Of a DNA stretch of 64,000 nt, positions 48,462-58,405 are shown piece by piece. Within the stretch, counting starts at the first letter, position 1. Each line of letters starts with the position of its first letter. This DNA comes from a virus, in the IMG/VR virus record IMGVR_UViG_3300042691_047443, positions 12,490 to 76,489 of that record; one strand, written 5' to 3'. The notes under the pieces were generated by a model. The model was given only the letters and a program-made list of their open reading frames with translations. It was not told where the DNA came from and did not search any database. The position numbers and the translations under genes were made by a program.

Positions 48462-51400
48462 TCATACCTCCGGTGTTGCTCCTGACGCCTGCAGACCAAA
48501 AGTCCTCGGCAGGCCGCTCGCTGTCGTTGCTGGGAACGGTGGTGGATTTCCCTCGTGCGGGATCGCAGAGGCAACCTTTGTCTTCTCTCCTCCTTGCTCG
48601 CCACCCGCCAAGAGGTTAATGTAGTCACGTATTATCGATTTCTTCCTGATGAGGATTGCACGTTCAAGCTCTGATGCAAGCATCTCCACGTGAACCTCAA
48701 GGTTGATCTGCAGTTGCTTATTCTTGATGACAAGGTCGTTCTTCCCACCGACACCCATGTTCTCAGCCAGTGATTTCAGGCGAGTCTTGATGTTTACCGT
48801 CCCCAGCTGATCAGGGGCCAAGGCTTCATTCATGCTGTTGATAGAGCGCACCAAGTTGGTGACGGCATCCATCGTGCCTTGGGCGACGCCCTTGCTCATT
48901 GCGCTCTCTACCTTTGCGAAGGACCGTTGTACCTTCACCAAAGAACCGGCAAGTTTGTCGAAATCAGATATCGCAGAATTCAGCGTTGCATAGTCGATGT
49001 TTTTTAACGCCGTGGTGAGTTCGGAAAGCTGGTTCTTACCGTCTTCGCCGACAAACCCCTTGGTCAATCCTCCCAAGGCAAGGGCAATCGAGGAAAACTT
49101 TTCAGGTGCACCACTGAACCCAGCGGTGTCAATCTTGATGATGCTTTCAATTGATGATGCGGCATTCGCAAGGGACTCAGAAAACTTTGCCAGTCTTTCC
49201 ATCATCTTGGTGCTGTTGGTCTTACCAAGAGAATCTCCAAGAGAATCTATGTGTCCCACGATATTTTCAACTGACTGCCCTATTCCCCCATTGCCCTTTC
49301 CAAGAATGACATCAAGGGCCGACATTCCACTGCTCAAACCTTCTTGAAATGTCGGTTCATCGGCCTTCACAGTGTTGATTTTCGCACCGAAATCCCTGAG
49401 GCCGGTGAATGAATCCGAGAGTTTCTTCAGGTTTTCGAAGAACGTAGTGAGTTTTCCGGTGATCTTGGACAAGGACGTACTGCGGCCTTTCGTCAGGAAA
49501 TCGTAGACCTTCTCCACTTTGTTCATCAGAGGAGGGAGGTACCCGCCGTTTGGACCTTCGATCATGCTTCCCATGATCTGTGTGATCCTCAAAATGGCGT
49601 CTCCCATGTCGAATTCCTTGATAACGATGTTTCCCTTGCTGTCCTTGGTCTCATCGAGGCTCCTCACGGCAGCGGCAAGTTCAGGCACCGCCTTCAACAG
49701 ATTAAAGAGCCCAACCACTGTCTTCACCTTCTTGTCAAAGGTCTCACCGGCCTTGCCTGAAGGCATGGTGTCAGCAACACGCTGAACGCCTTCTACGAGG
49801 GACCCAAAGAGTGGGCCAATCTCACGTAAAATTTCAGTCAGCGTAGGCGCATTTGATGTGATATTGACAACGTTGCCCACGGCACCCTTGTCTATCTTCA
49901 CTGACGGAACCTTTGCGCCCTGGTTGATCGCCGAACTAAGATCACCCACAGCCTTCAATATCTCCCCGATGCTGCCCATGGCGTTCAACTTGTCGACCGG
50001 TACGTCCTTCACGTAATAAAGCAGGTCTTCGATCAGCCCTCCTGCCAACGTGCTAACCAATGATCTGATCCGTGGTAGGTATTCCTTGAAAAACTGTGTC
50101 ACGCCCTCGATGTCGAGCTTTTGGTTACCGTCTTTATCGGTGACCTTGAAGGCGTTTATCACCTCTGGGTTCGGTGATATGGCTTGCAATAAACTGGCTA
50201 TTCCACTGAACAATCCTCCTATGGCCTGTATCTTCTCAGGCGGCGGTAGAGGCTGTTCCAACATGCCCGAAACAGCATCGATCGAATAGCGGATGAGTTG
50301 CCGTAACGACCCGGTCATGGTCTTCATGGTCTCGTTGACGCCATCAACGAGTTCAGGAACGCTGGGCCCAAACATTGCCTCCGTTGCTTTGAAGAACTCG
50401 GGCGATGGAGTCAACGCCTTAGCCAGCTCTCCTACGGACCCGAGGACGCCGCTAAAAACACCAGCAGCTTCACCCATACCCTCAACGTTAAGATCCTTGA
50501 TGGCGTTGATCACGACCTCAACTATTCCAATAATTCCGTTGCCACCGCGTTCACCTATCAACATCTCAATAAATTCAGTCGCTTTGTTAATCTTCTTTGC
50601 AAAAGAGGTGCCCTGGATTATGTCACCCAGGCCTGGCGTCATCAATTCCATGATGCTGGCGATTGAATCAATCAGACTGCCAATGGACGACATCACCTTG
50701 ACAAATACATCTGCCTTCGGTCCGATGTCGTCTGAAACATCTAGTTTATTGAGATCCTTTATGATCGTCATTGCAACTTCAGAGAGAGAGTACGTCGCGA
50801 CCCCCAGGGCGGCAAATCCAGCCAACATGAATGGCAGCGCAAATGTTGCGGCGGCACCGACAATCACAGAAGCCAACAGGACAGGTACCATGATGAGGAA
50901 TACGATCGCGAGTGACTCCAACATCGAGGTGTAAGCATTTACGATTTCCGGATCTATCTTCACCTCTTGTAAGGATTCAACGATGTTGATACCGATTTCG
51001 CTCAAGGCCCAAACGACGGCAGTGATCGCCGCGAGGCCGATGAGCACCTTGCCAATACCACCAGCTGATAAGCCGGATAGGCCCTCCATGCTCTTCATTA
51101 CGAGAGAGGCGGCGAGTGAAACCGCACCGAGCAGAGCGGCGGCGATCCCGACCTCTTCAAGCGTGAATCCAGCCTCTGTGACAGATTGCAGGAGAGCATA
51201 GCCCACGAAGCTCAACGCAGCAATAGCGAGGGTCACGCCGACCAAAGCGCCAGCCATAGTCTTCCAGTCGACATCTTTCACATTTTCCATCATCAATCCC
51301 AGCGCACCCGCTGCCAGCGTCATCGCCCCTATCAAGGCTGCGGCCACCCCGATCTCTTCGATCTTGTAGTCCTTGACCATCTCTACGATTTTTGACCCTG

Positions 51401-54400
51401 CGAGGCCTAAAAGATATATGCCGAGTGCAAGTGAAGGCAGGATTCCCAAAAGGGCACCCCACGAGATGTCCTTGATCTTGTCGTACATCCCCCCGAACGC
51501 TATCGCGATGGCCGTCATCGGTGCCATTATGAGCGCCGCCGTCCCAATCTGTTCGATCGTAAACCCGCTGAGCATCTTTACGATCGCCGCCCCTGCGGCG
51601 CCCAAAGCAAGGATCCCAAGTGCAAGAGATGGTAAGATCAACAGAAGTTTGCCCCACGAGATGTCCTTGATCTTGTCGTAAAGTTCACCGAACATTGCGC
51701 CTGCCATCCCCATCGCGGCCAAAATTCCCGCGGCTGCCAAGATCTTCCCTGCGCCTGCGTCACCGATGATCTCAATCATGAGCTTGATCGCGCCTGCCAC
51801 AAGTACACCACCCACAGCAATCGCGGCGGCGATGGCTATCAGCTTCAAACCAAGTTTTTTAGCAGCGGCTGCGTCCCATCCTGACTCCTTTTCTTTTTGC
51901 ATCACCTCGTTGATTTTTCCAATCACGTATGACACATTATCGACGCCACCGGAATCTTGTCCCACCTTTTCTGAGGCTTGCGTGACCTGTGCAGCAGCAC
52001 CGCTATCGATCGCCGCCGCAGGTGCGGCGGCGTCGGCGGTTTTTTTACCGCCTCCGAGCAACTTTCCGATGCCACCTGAAAAATGTGCGCCGATCTGCGC
52101 TGTGACGACAGAGAGGATACCCTTTAATGCGGCCGCGCCAAATAGCGCCCCAAGGAGAATTGGTGCAAGTTGCTTTAACTTGGGCAACAACGTGTCAGAT
52201 GCCCAGTCCAATATAGAATCACCTAGGGATTTTAGAGCATCCCACATCACAGGCTTCAGGTTTTCCCACGCATAAAGAAAGGCTTCGCCAATTGGGGCAA
52301 GTGCGTTTGCAAGGAAACTTCCGGCTCCACCGTCAGACAATTTCTTCTTGCCCGAGATGAGGTCGACAATCGTGACAATTCCGTCTCTCACCATCTCAGA
52401 CATCCATTTTATGGCACTCGCAACGATCCCGCTGACGGCCTTGAAGAAGGTCTTAAACCCGTTCAGAACGTTCTTTCCTGACTCACCTTGCGAGTTAAAG
52501 AAGTCAAGGAACTTCTCCTTGATTCTCTTCATCAACTCTGAGAAAGAAAACCTTCCCGTGGAAACTTCTTTGAAAAAGTCTTTGATCACATCAACGATTC
52601 CACCCGTGAGTTTCCTAAACTTGCTGGGTTCAAACATGTCTTTCAGGCCTCCAAAGAGTTGCTTAATGCCTGGGAACATGTCCATAATTGTCTTTCCTAA
52701 CCTCCTGCCCTCTTCGCGGAAGACCTTGAGCGAACCGCCCATGTTCTTGAGAAGGTCCCTGAATTCATCAGTTCTCTCAAATCCTTGGGTAACGCCGTCT
52801 ATGAATTGTTTAAAGAACCCGCCTTGTGCAGAGAAAGGCTTCTGCATCTCAACGAGGGCATCCTTCAGTTCTCTGAGTACGGTTGTCTGATCGATCTGGG
52901 CTTTTTCCGCCTCTTCTCCTTTTTGCGTGATCTGATCCAGCGCAATTCCCTGGTTTTTTAGGGCAAATACCTGTCTGGCTGTTGCCTCGTCCATTCCGAC
53001 TGACGTAGCCAGCAGGTTTAATTCCTGCCTGTTCATTTTTTCTGCGTCCTTGCCGGCGGCGGCAAATGACTTACGTAACATATCCACTTGAGACGCAGGA
53101 TCTTGTGCCTCCATCATCTTGAAGGCATCTATGTTGACACCAAACGCCTGAGAAAGTTTTGATGCATTTTCCGCAGCACCTTCAAATGTTTCAAACGCAC
53201 CCAAAGTTCCTGTGATTTTATCAAGTTCAACACCGAGCTTTTGGGCATACGTTGCTGCGACGCCTATCTGTTTGATCGTCGCACCTGCAAAATTCTTCAC
53301 GTCACCCATGGCCTTTGCCATGTCTCTAGCGATGTGTTTTGAATCAACTCCAAACGCCTTACTCATCGCACGTGATTGCTTGTGAACGCTTGTTGTTACA
53401 CTGTTCAGGTCTTGACCCGTTGCAATCGCAACGCTTCCCAAGGCACGCATGTCTTCATTCGTCAGGCCAAGGCCCATTTGGATCGCCGGAAATGCTTGCC
53501 CTGCAGACTTTATCTCGGCAGAAAGCTGGTTGAACACCGGTCCCATACCTTGAGCCATCGACAAAAACGTCCGCGCCGCTTCAGCATCTGTGCCAAAAAT
53601 CTTAAACGAATCAATCCCGGCCTGCGCCAGTGACTTGGTGTCACGCGCCATGGAAACGACAGCCTTAGAACTCGTTTGCTGCAGGTTTCCATACTCTCTC
53701 TTGATCTCCTGCAACGCGTCAAACCATTCGCTTGTTTGACCTGCAAGTTCATTTGCCTTTCCGGCAAGGTCGTCAAGGAATTCAAATGGAATTGATATGA
53801 TTGCCTTTCCAATCTCCAGTATTGAATCTACGACTGTAGAGATGGTGCCTTTCAACAACTTAAAACCTGCGCCCACGGCGCTCAACGACGACATCAACCC
53901 ATCAAGCGCACCGGCGGCGAACACCGCCGATTTTGGAAATCTTACCTTCAACTCCTCGGTGAAGTTTTTCCAGCGATCTGACAGAGAGAGTACCACTTCG
54001 TCATTTTTCTTCAAGGCGGTCGTCAATTCACCCGATTTTGAGGCAGATTTTTCAGCCGCCTCGGCGGCCTGGTTGACGGTGTCATTTAACGAGCCCATCG
54101 ATTCGTTTGCCTCAAGGGCCTCTTCGTTCATGTCCTGCAAGGCTTGTTGACTAGTTTTACCCATTTCCTGGATTTTTTTAGTCAGTTCATTTACGGCCTT
54201 CACGACCTTGTCTAGGCTTGACACAAGGGATTGTGTGTCTAGAGATTTCATGGAATCATGAATCTGACCCATTATCTGAACTTGTTCTATTTGCTTCTTG
54301 TTTACAGAGTCAATTGCAGTGGCCATCTGCTGAGTGATGGACAACATGCTCTTGGCGATGCCAAGTTGCTCTTGCGATGGATCTGAACTTCCGGGTTTTG

Positions 54401-54404
54401 CCAC
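48462..54404 (-). CDS. Tail tape measure protein
   Basis: 1980 aa, helical and Ala/Gly-rich with hydrophobic repeats; downstream of tube and chaperone genes. Confidence 0.88.
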   Translation of the reverse strand: MAKPGSSDPSQEQLGIAKSMLSITQQMATAIDSVNKKQIEQVQIMGQIHDSMKSLDTQSLVSSLDKVVKAVNELTKKIQEMGKTSQQALQDMNEEALEANESMGSLNDTVNQAAEAAEKSASKSGELTTALKKNDEVVLSLSDRWKNFTEELKVRFPKSAVFAAGALDGLMSSLSAVGAGFKLLKGTISTVVDSILEIGKAIISIPFEFLDDLAGKANELAGQTSEWFDALQEIKREYGNLQQTSSKAVVSMARDTKSLAQAGIDSFKIFGTDAEAARTFLSMAQGMGPVFNQLSAEIKSAGQAFPAIQMGLGLTNEDMRALGSVAIATGQDLNSVTTSVHKQSRAMSKAFGVDSKHIARDMAKAMGDVKNFAGATIKQIGVAATYAQKLGVELDKITGTLGAFETFEGAAENASKLSQAFGVNIDAFKMMEAQDPASQVDMLRKSFAAAGKDAEKMNRQELNLLATSVGMDEATARQVFALKNQGIALDQITQKGEEAEKAQIDQTTVLRELKDALVEMQKPFSAQGGFFKQFIDGVTQGFERTDEFRDLLKNMGGSLKVFREEGRRLGKTIMDMFPGIKQLFGGLKDMFEPSKFRKLTGGIVDVIKDFFKEVSTGRFSFSELMKRIKEKFLDFFNSQGESGKNVLNGFKTFFKAVSGIVASAIKWMSEMVRDGIVTIVDLISGKKKLSDGGAGSFLANALAPIGEAFLYAWENLKPVMWDALKSLGDSILDWASDTLLPKLKQLAPILLGALFGAAALKGILSVVTAQIGAHFSGGIGKLLGGGKKTADAAAPAAAIDSGAAAQVTQASEKVGQDSGGVDNVSYVIGKINEVMQKEKESGWDAAAAKKLGLKLIAIAAAIAVGGVLVAGAIKLMIEIIGDAGAGKILAAAGILAAMGMAGAMFGELYDKIKDISWGKLLLILPSLALGILALGAAGAAIVKMLSGFTIEQIGTAALIMAPMTAIAIAFGGMYDKIKDISWGALLGILPSLALGIYLLGLAGSKIVEMVKDYKIEEIGVAAALIGAMTLAAGALGLMMENVKDVDWKTMAGALVGVTLAIAALSFVGYALLQSVTEAGFTLEEVGIAAALLGAVSLAASLVMKSMEGLSGLSAGGIGKVLIGLAAITAVVWALSEIGINIVESLQEVKIDPEIVNAYTSMLESLAIVFLIMVPVLLASVIVGAAATFALPFMLAGFAALGVATYSLSEVAMTIIKDLNKLDVSDDIGPKADVFVKVMSSIGSLIDSIASIMELMTPGLGDIIQGTSFAKKINKATEFIEMLIGERGGNGIIGIVEVVINAIKDLNVEGMGEAAGVFSGVLGSVGELAKALTPSPEFFKATEAMFGPSVPELVDGVNETMKTMTGSLRQLIRYSIDAVSGMLEQPLPPPEKIQAIGGLFSGIASLLQAISPNPEVINAFKVTDKDGNQKLDIEGVTQFFKEYLPRIRSLVSTLAGGLIEDLLYYVKDVPVDKLNAMGSIGEILKAVGDLSSAINQGAKVPSVKIDKGAVGNVVNITSNAPTLTEILREIGPLFGSLVEGVQRVADTMPSGKAGETFDKKVKTVVGLFNLLKAVPELAAAVRSLDETKDSKGNIVIKEFDMGDAILRITQIMGSMIEGPNGGYLPPLMNKVEKVYDFLTKGRSTSLSKITGKLTTFFENLKKLSDSFTGLRDFGAKINTVKADEPTFQEGLSSGMSALDVILGKGNGGIGQSVENIVGHIDSLGDSLGKTNSTKMMERLAKFSESLANAASSIESIIKIDTAGFSGAPEKFSSIALALGGLTKGFVGEDGKNQLSELTTALKNIDYATLNSAISDFDKLAGSLVKVQRSFAKVESAMSKGVAQGTMDAVTNLVRSINSMNEALAPDQLGTVNIKTRLKSLAENMGVGGKNDLVIKNKQLQINLEVHVEMLASELERAILIRKKSIIRDYINLLAGGEQGGEKTKVASAIPHEGNPPPFPATTASGLPRTFGLQASGATPEV
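51457..51680. repeat. 29-bp direct repeat within the tape measure gene
   Basis: CCCCACGAGATGTCCTTGATCTTGTCGTA at 51457 and 51652, 195 nt (65 codons) apart; encodes YDKIKDISWG. Confidence 0.8.
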
Positions 54405-54414
54405 AACTTACCTC

Positions 54415-54708
54415 TCACAGGGGCCAGGAGATCCCAAACACTTTTTCGAACTTTGCTGCAGATGAGTTTTTCAGATTTAATTTTTTCATGACGGAATCGA
54501 CGGTTGCATTCGGTTTGTGCAATTCTTCTTGAAATTGTCGAGAAGCAAGCATTGCCTCCTTTATGGCATCTATCTCTTCCTTGGTTCCTCTGATTTGGGT
54601 GTTTACAGTTTTCCCCTTGGTCGACGCAACAAGTGTTGCAAGCAACAACCTGCATAACTTGTTGAATCTTTGTTTGTCATTTGATTGCGGCACAATATCT
54701 TTCTGCAT
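54415..54708 (-). CDS. Hypothetical protein upstream of the tape measure gene
   Basis: Likely start MQKD at 54708; ends FGISWPL. Confidence 0.65.
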   Translation of the reverse strand: MQKDIVPQSNDKQRFNKLCRLLLATLVASTKGKTVNTQIRGTKEEIDAIKEAMLASRQFQEELHKPNATVDSVMKKLNLKNSSAAKFEKVFGISWPL

Positions 54709-54723
54709 GTGACACCCCCGATC

Positions 54724-54761
54724 AGATATGTATGTCAATACTTAGATATGTATGTCAATAC
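54724..54761. repeat. Tandem 18-bp direct repeat in a promoter region
   Basis: AGATATGTATGTCAATAC at 54724 and 54744. Confidence 0.85.
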
Positions 54762-54762
54762 A

Positions 54763-54792
54763 AAAATGGCGGCCTTTATTGGCCGCCATTTT
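54763..54792 (-). terminator. Rho-independent terminator
   Basis: AAAATGGCGGCC-N6-GGCCGCCATTTT inverted repeat. Confidence 0.8.
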
Positions 54793-55069
54793 ACGTAAAT
54801 CTTCTCAACCTAGAGGGAACTTGAGCACGAGCCTTGTTTTGCAATGACCTTACATCAGGTGTATTTTGATGCAAAGCCTTGGATTGTGTCTCTCCATTGT
54901 CTTTATTGAGTTCTTTTCCGATTCTCTCTATGAACCAACGTTTATAAGAAACTGGCATCCTATAAACTTCTTCGTAGAGAAATCCACCATAGTACATCAA
55001 TAAAAACGTGGGCTCAAGTAATACTTGCTCCTTATCTTCCGGCCGAAGGCCAAAGAAAGCTGACCCCAA
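54791..55069 (-). CDS. Tail assembly chaperone C-terminal extension (likely reached by frameshift)
   Basis: FFGL...FLLMYYGGF...VYRMPV..KRWF; overlaps the upstream gene and has a weak TTG start. Confidence 0.65.
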   Translation of the reverse strand: MGSAFFGLRPEDKEQVLLEPTFLLMYYGGFLYEEVYRMPVSYKRWFIERIGKELNKDNGETQSKALHQNTPDVRSLQNKARAQVPSRLRRFT

Positions 55070-55901
55070 GGGGCATATTTACCTCCTCTACGTGACCACA
55101 AGCAGGACACGTTGTCTCCTGCTTCATTTCAATGCCTGGTTCGTTGTTTTTTACGTAATTTCGAAGCGCAAGAGAATCACGAGCGGGCATTACCTTAACG
55201 AAGGACGCAATCTTTGACCTATCGTCGATACCGTCGATTGAAACAATTGAGTAAAGAAGAGAAGTCGTCACGTTAGACTCAGAAGATAAACCTAGCTTCT
55301 TTTGCTTCTCTCCCGTCGCCAGGATTTCCTCCTCATCCCTACCGGTCAAGAACCTAAACTTTACCGTCTTCTTAGACACCGGAAGCATAAACTCGAATAA
55401 GTTCTGACCCATTGAGACGGGAGAAACTTCAAGTCTCTTCAGGGGTAGACCCGTCAGGTCAAACCTATGCGGCGCCTTCGTGCCACACTCGCCACACTCC
55501 ATCTCTGCGTCATATTCAGATCCATAACCGGTGATCCTGATGGCGACCATCAGCGCATTTCTGTCTCCGGTGAGCAATTCTCTCGGATCAATGCTCTTGT
55601 CCACAAGGCACGATCTGATCAATTCGGTGATGACAACGCCCTTCTTGAGGTACGCCTTGCTCGTCAAGATGTCCTCCTCCCTTGCTGTCATTGCTCTGAT
55701 GTCAACAGTTTCACGTCCATGAAGAGACGATTCAACTGGGTAGACAAGTCCGTTTGATGGAAGTGGCATCGTCTCCACCGGGATGTCTAGACCGAAATCT
55801 GACTTCGCCTTATCGTAGGAACTTACCTGCTGAAACCTCGGATCAACACCCGGAACTCCACCTCTAAAAATTTCGTTCTTCTGTTCACGTACTTCTGACA
55901 T
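55032..55901 (-). CDS. Tail assembly chaperone / T4 gp26-like baseplate hub assembly protein
   Basis: LPSNG..Y, MTAREEDIL, GDRNALMVAIR..GYG, CGEC and CPAC. Confidence 0.78.
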   Translation of the reverse strand: MSEVREQKNEIFRGGVPGVDPRFQQVSSYDKAKSDFGLDIPVETMPLPSNGLVYPVESSLHGRETVDIRAMTAREEDILTSKAYLKKGVVITELIRSCLVDKSIDPRELLTGDRNALMVAIRITGYGSEYDAEMECGECGTKAPHRFDLTGLPLKRLEVSPVSMGQNLFEFMLPVSKKTVKFRFLTGRDEEEILATGEKQKKLGLSSESNVTTSLLYSIVSIDGIDDRSKIASFVKVMPARDSLALRNYVKNNEPGIEMKQETTCPACGHVEEVNMPLGVSFLWPSAGR

Positions 55902-55999
55902 TATAAACTCCTTGTGTCAAATCTTAAAAATTGGGGTGACGACGTAAATAACAAATTGACGCAAAACGAACATAATTTATTGTGACTGATATTTACAAC

Positions 56000-56392
56000 A
56001 TGTCACTAAATCACACATACGTAGGCGAAGGCTACACCCCGGCATACCAAATATCTGCCGTGCCATTCTTGACGTCATCCACGCTGCAGGCAGAAGAGAT
56101 AAAACTGGTACGTTTTGAGTACGTTACCCGGTTCCTGACGGTGAAGAACACGGGTCCGACGAGCAGTACCATCGCCATGGGATTCACCGGCAACGGCCTG
56201 AAGCCATCAAATTCCAATTTCTTTGAAATTGATGGTGGAGAAACCTTTAGCGAAGAAATCAGGTGCACCTCGGTGTTCCTGTCGGCCTCTGTGGGTGCCC
56301 CAACGTTCTCGCTGGTCGCCGGATTGACACAGATCCTCGACAGGAACTTCAACCCGATCACCGGATCGAATGGTTATCCCGGAGTTGGTTGA
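56000..56392 (+). CDS. Putative structural (beta-rich) protein
   Basis: ATG at 56000 is 4 nt after ATATTTA; AYQISAVPFLTSS...AGLT. Confidence 0.6.
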   Translation: MSLNHTYVGEGYTPAYQISAVPFLTSSTLQAEEIKLVRFEYVTRFLTVKNTGPTSSTIAMGFTGNGLKPSNSNFFEIDGGETFSEEIRCTSVFLSASVGAPTFSLVAGLTQILDRNFNPITGSNGYPGVG

Positions 56393-56394
56393 GG

Positions 56395-56670
56395 TCACCT
56401 GTTCGTGAGGTAACCGTGAACCTGCTGAAGGTTTTCGTGAGCGACTGAAATGTGGTCCTGAACCCACCCCGGAAGCTGATCGTTGTGATCCAACAACGAT
56501 GCGACCTCTTCGGCCATCTTCACCATGGAGGACAGCTTGCCCATCGCCATGCCTCCCTCTGAGTCAGAGGGATCTTCACCGTGAAGAAAGCGACTTGAGT
56601 CTAACTCACGTAATGCACATTCACACTCTTCTGCAATCAACCTTCTCAACATATTTGCCGATAATTTCAT
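56395..56670 (-). CDS. Small leader-bearing protein
   Basis: MKLSANMLRRLIAEECECALRE; EGGMA...LPGWVQ. Confidence 0.7.
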   Translation of the reverse strand: MKLSANMLRRLIAEECECALRELDSSRFLHGEDPSDSEGGMAMGKLSSMVKMAEEVASLLDHNDQLPGWVQDHISVAHENLQQVHGYLTNR

Positions 56671-58323
56671 ATACTTCCTTTTGATGGTTGTCGCCCAAGG
56701 GCGATGACGTCTCTCTTATTGCGAGGAACTTTCAACTTGTTAGTGACAGGGTCAACTTCATATCCGGTGGGAAGGATGCAATCCAAGAACGTCGCATCAC
56801 CCAACGTCTTCATATCGTATCCTCTGAGGTCTTTGGCAAAAGAGGTCGAGCCAAAGTTACAGCGAGTGAACGTACAGCCACTAAAGTCGCAATTAGACAG
56901 TGTTGCATTGCTGAAATCGCATTCTTTGAAATTGGCATTTGTCATTGTGGTTTTATTGAAGACGGTGTTTATGAAACCACAGTTCGTGAATTTGGCACCC
57001 TGAAATGATGAATCCGTGATTTTACTCGACTCAAATCTCGAAATTGTGAACTGTGCTTGTCCGGCGATCACATGACGGATCGTCGTACGAAAGAAATTAT
57101 TGCTTTCGAGTGTTGAATTTGAGAACTTAGAGTGACTCAAGTTTGCATCGGTAAAATCACATCCCTCGATTGAGGCTTCGTTGAAATTTGCGTACTCGCA
57201 ATTTGTCCGAATGAAGTCACAAAAGCGTATCTCCGCAGACGTGAAGTCAACACGGGTCATGTTCGAATGAACGAACTTTTCCCTTGTGATGTTTTCACCG
57301 GACAGGTCTAACCCGCTCATGTCGCGACCGGAGGCAGGCACTTTTGTGAGCTCGAACGGAAAATCGACTGAACCTTTTTTAATAACGTCAACGAGCTCTA
57401 CATTTGACGAGTCAAATATAACCACCTGATCAGGCTCATCAGCGTAGATGATTCCCGTGCCTTCGTCTAACACACCATCATAACCCAGATTTTTGAAAAC
57501 GTTCGACCAGTTGTTCGCCTCTGGGTTTGACGGGTAGGCCAATTTCTTGGGATCCAACAACTGAGGGTCTCGAAATCTGATCAAGACGTCTCCCAAGAAA
57601 TACCTTTTCTCCTCTACCTCTCCCGTCTTCATCGTCTTAGATACGGTTGTCGTCGGGACAGGCAGATTGGGAAATCTTGTTTCCCAACTACGAATGAGTG
57701 CCTCTCTTTTTTCAGAGAAAGATTTCCCCTGCCACGTCTTGTCTTGCAGTTTGAGATCATCAATCAATCCAAGAAGCCTGTTCTTGTCATTGATAACCTG
57801 TTTATTAAATGGGTTAGTTGCGTCAGCTGCCGCGGGATTTTCAGGTAAAGTCCTTTCCGTGCCTCTTGAGAGAGTACGAGCCACTTGCCAGATGCGTTCG
57901 CCTGGTTTGTTTGTTTTGAACTTTGCAAGCGTTGCGTCTATTTCTTTGATTTTGTTCGAATAGGTGTTTTTCAATATCGAGATATCGTATCGCAACTCGT
58001 CTTCCTGATACTTTGCGACATTCAAAATGCTTACGTCAGGCTTTATCCTGCAAACAATTGCATACTCTCTGCCGATCGCGAACGGTGCAATCTTCTCCGT
58101 GTCAAGTGGATACATGTAAAATCCCGTGGGAGTGTTGAACTCATTCAACGGATTGAGACCGAGTTTGGGGTACCTAGAGAAATGAACAAAGAGACCACCT
58201 TGTTTTTCGTACTGCACCAACATCTGCTGCCAACGAGGTAGGCTCTTTCCGGTCTCTCTCTTGTACCTAGTCGACATTTCTGAGACGACAGATCTGATAT
58301 GTTGCTTGAGTAATTTGATCATA
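56667..58323 (-). CDS. Leader + ADP-ribosyltransferase-like domain + pentapeptide repeats
   Basis: MIKLLKQHIRSVVSE; VHFS, TPTGFY, LGYDGV, EPDQVVIFD; C-terminal A(N/D)(F/L)xx repeats. Confidence 0.7.
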
Positions 58324-58346
58324 TTGCCCTGAAATAAATTAAACAA

Positions 58347-58371
58347 ACCCCGCGTGGGTCGCAGGCGGGGT
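58347..58371 (-). terminator. Rho-independent terminator after the tail tube gene
   Basis: ACCCCGC...GCGGGGT hairpin followed by TTGTTT on the minus strand. Confidence 0.65.
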
Positions 58372-58405
58372 CATCGTGATCATCTTGCAGGCTGCGGGGC
58401 CTATG

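Noticed and set aside
48997-54150. Many long plus-strand ORFs (also opposite dnaE, nrdA, helicase and sheath)
   Set aside because: They are antisense shadows of well-supported minus-strand genes and have no motifs or RBS
56032-56361. Minus-strand ORF opposite the plus-strand gene at 56000
   Set aside because: The plus-strand frame has the late motif and more protein-like sequence, so this is likely a shadow
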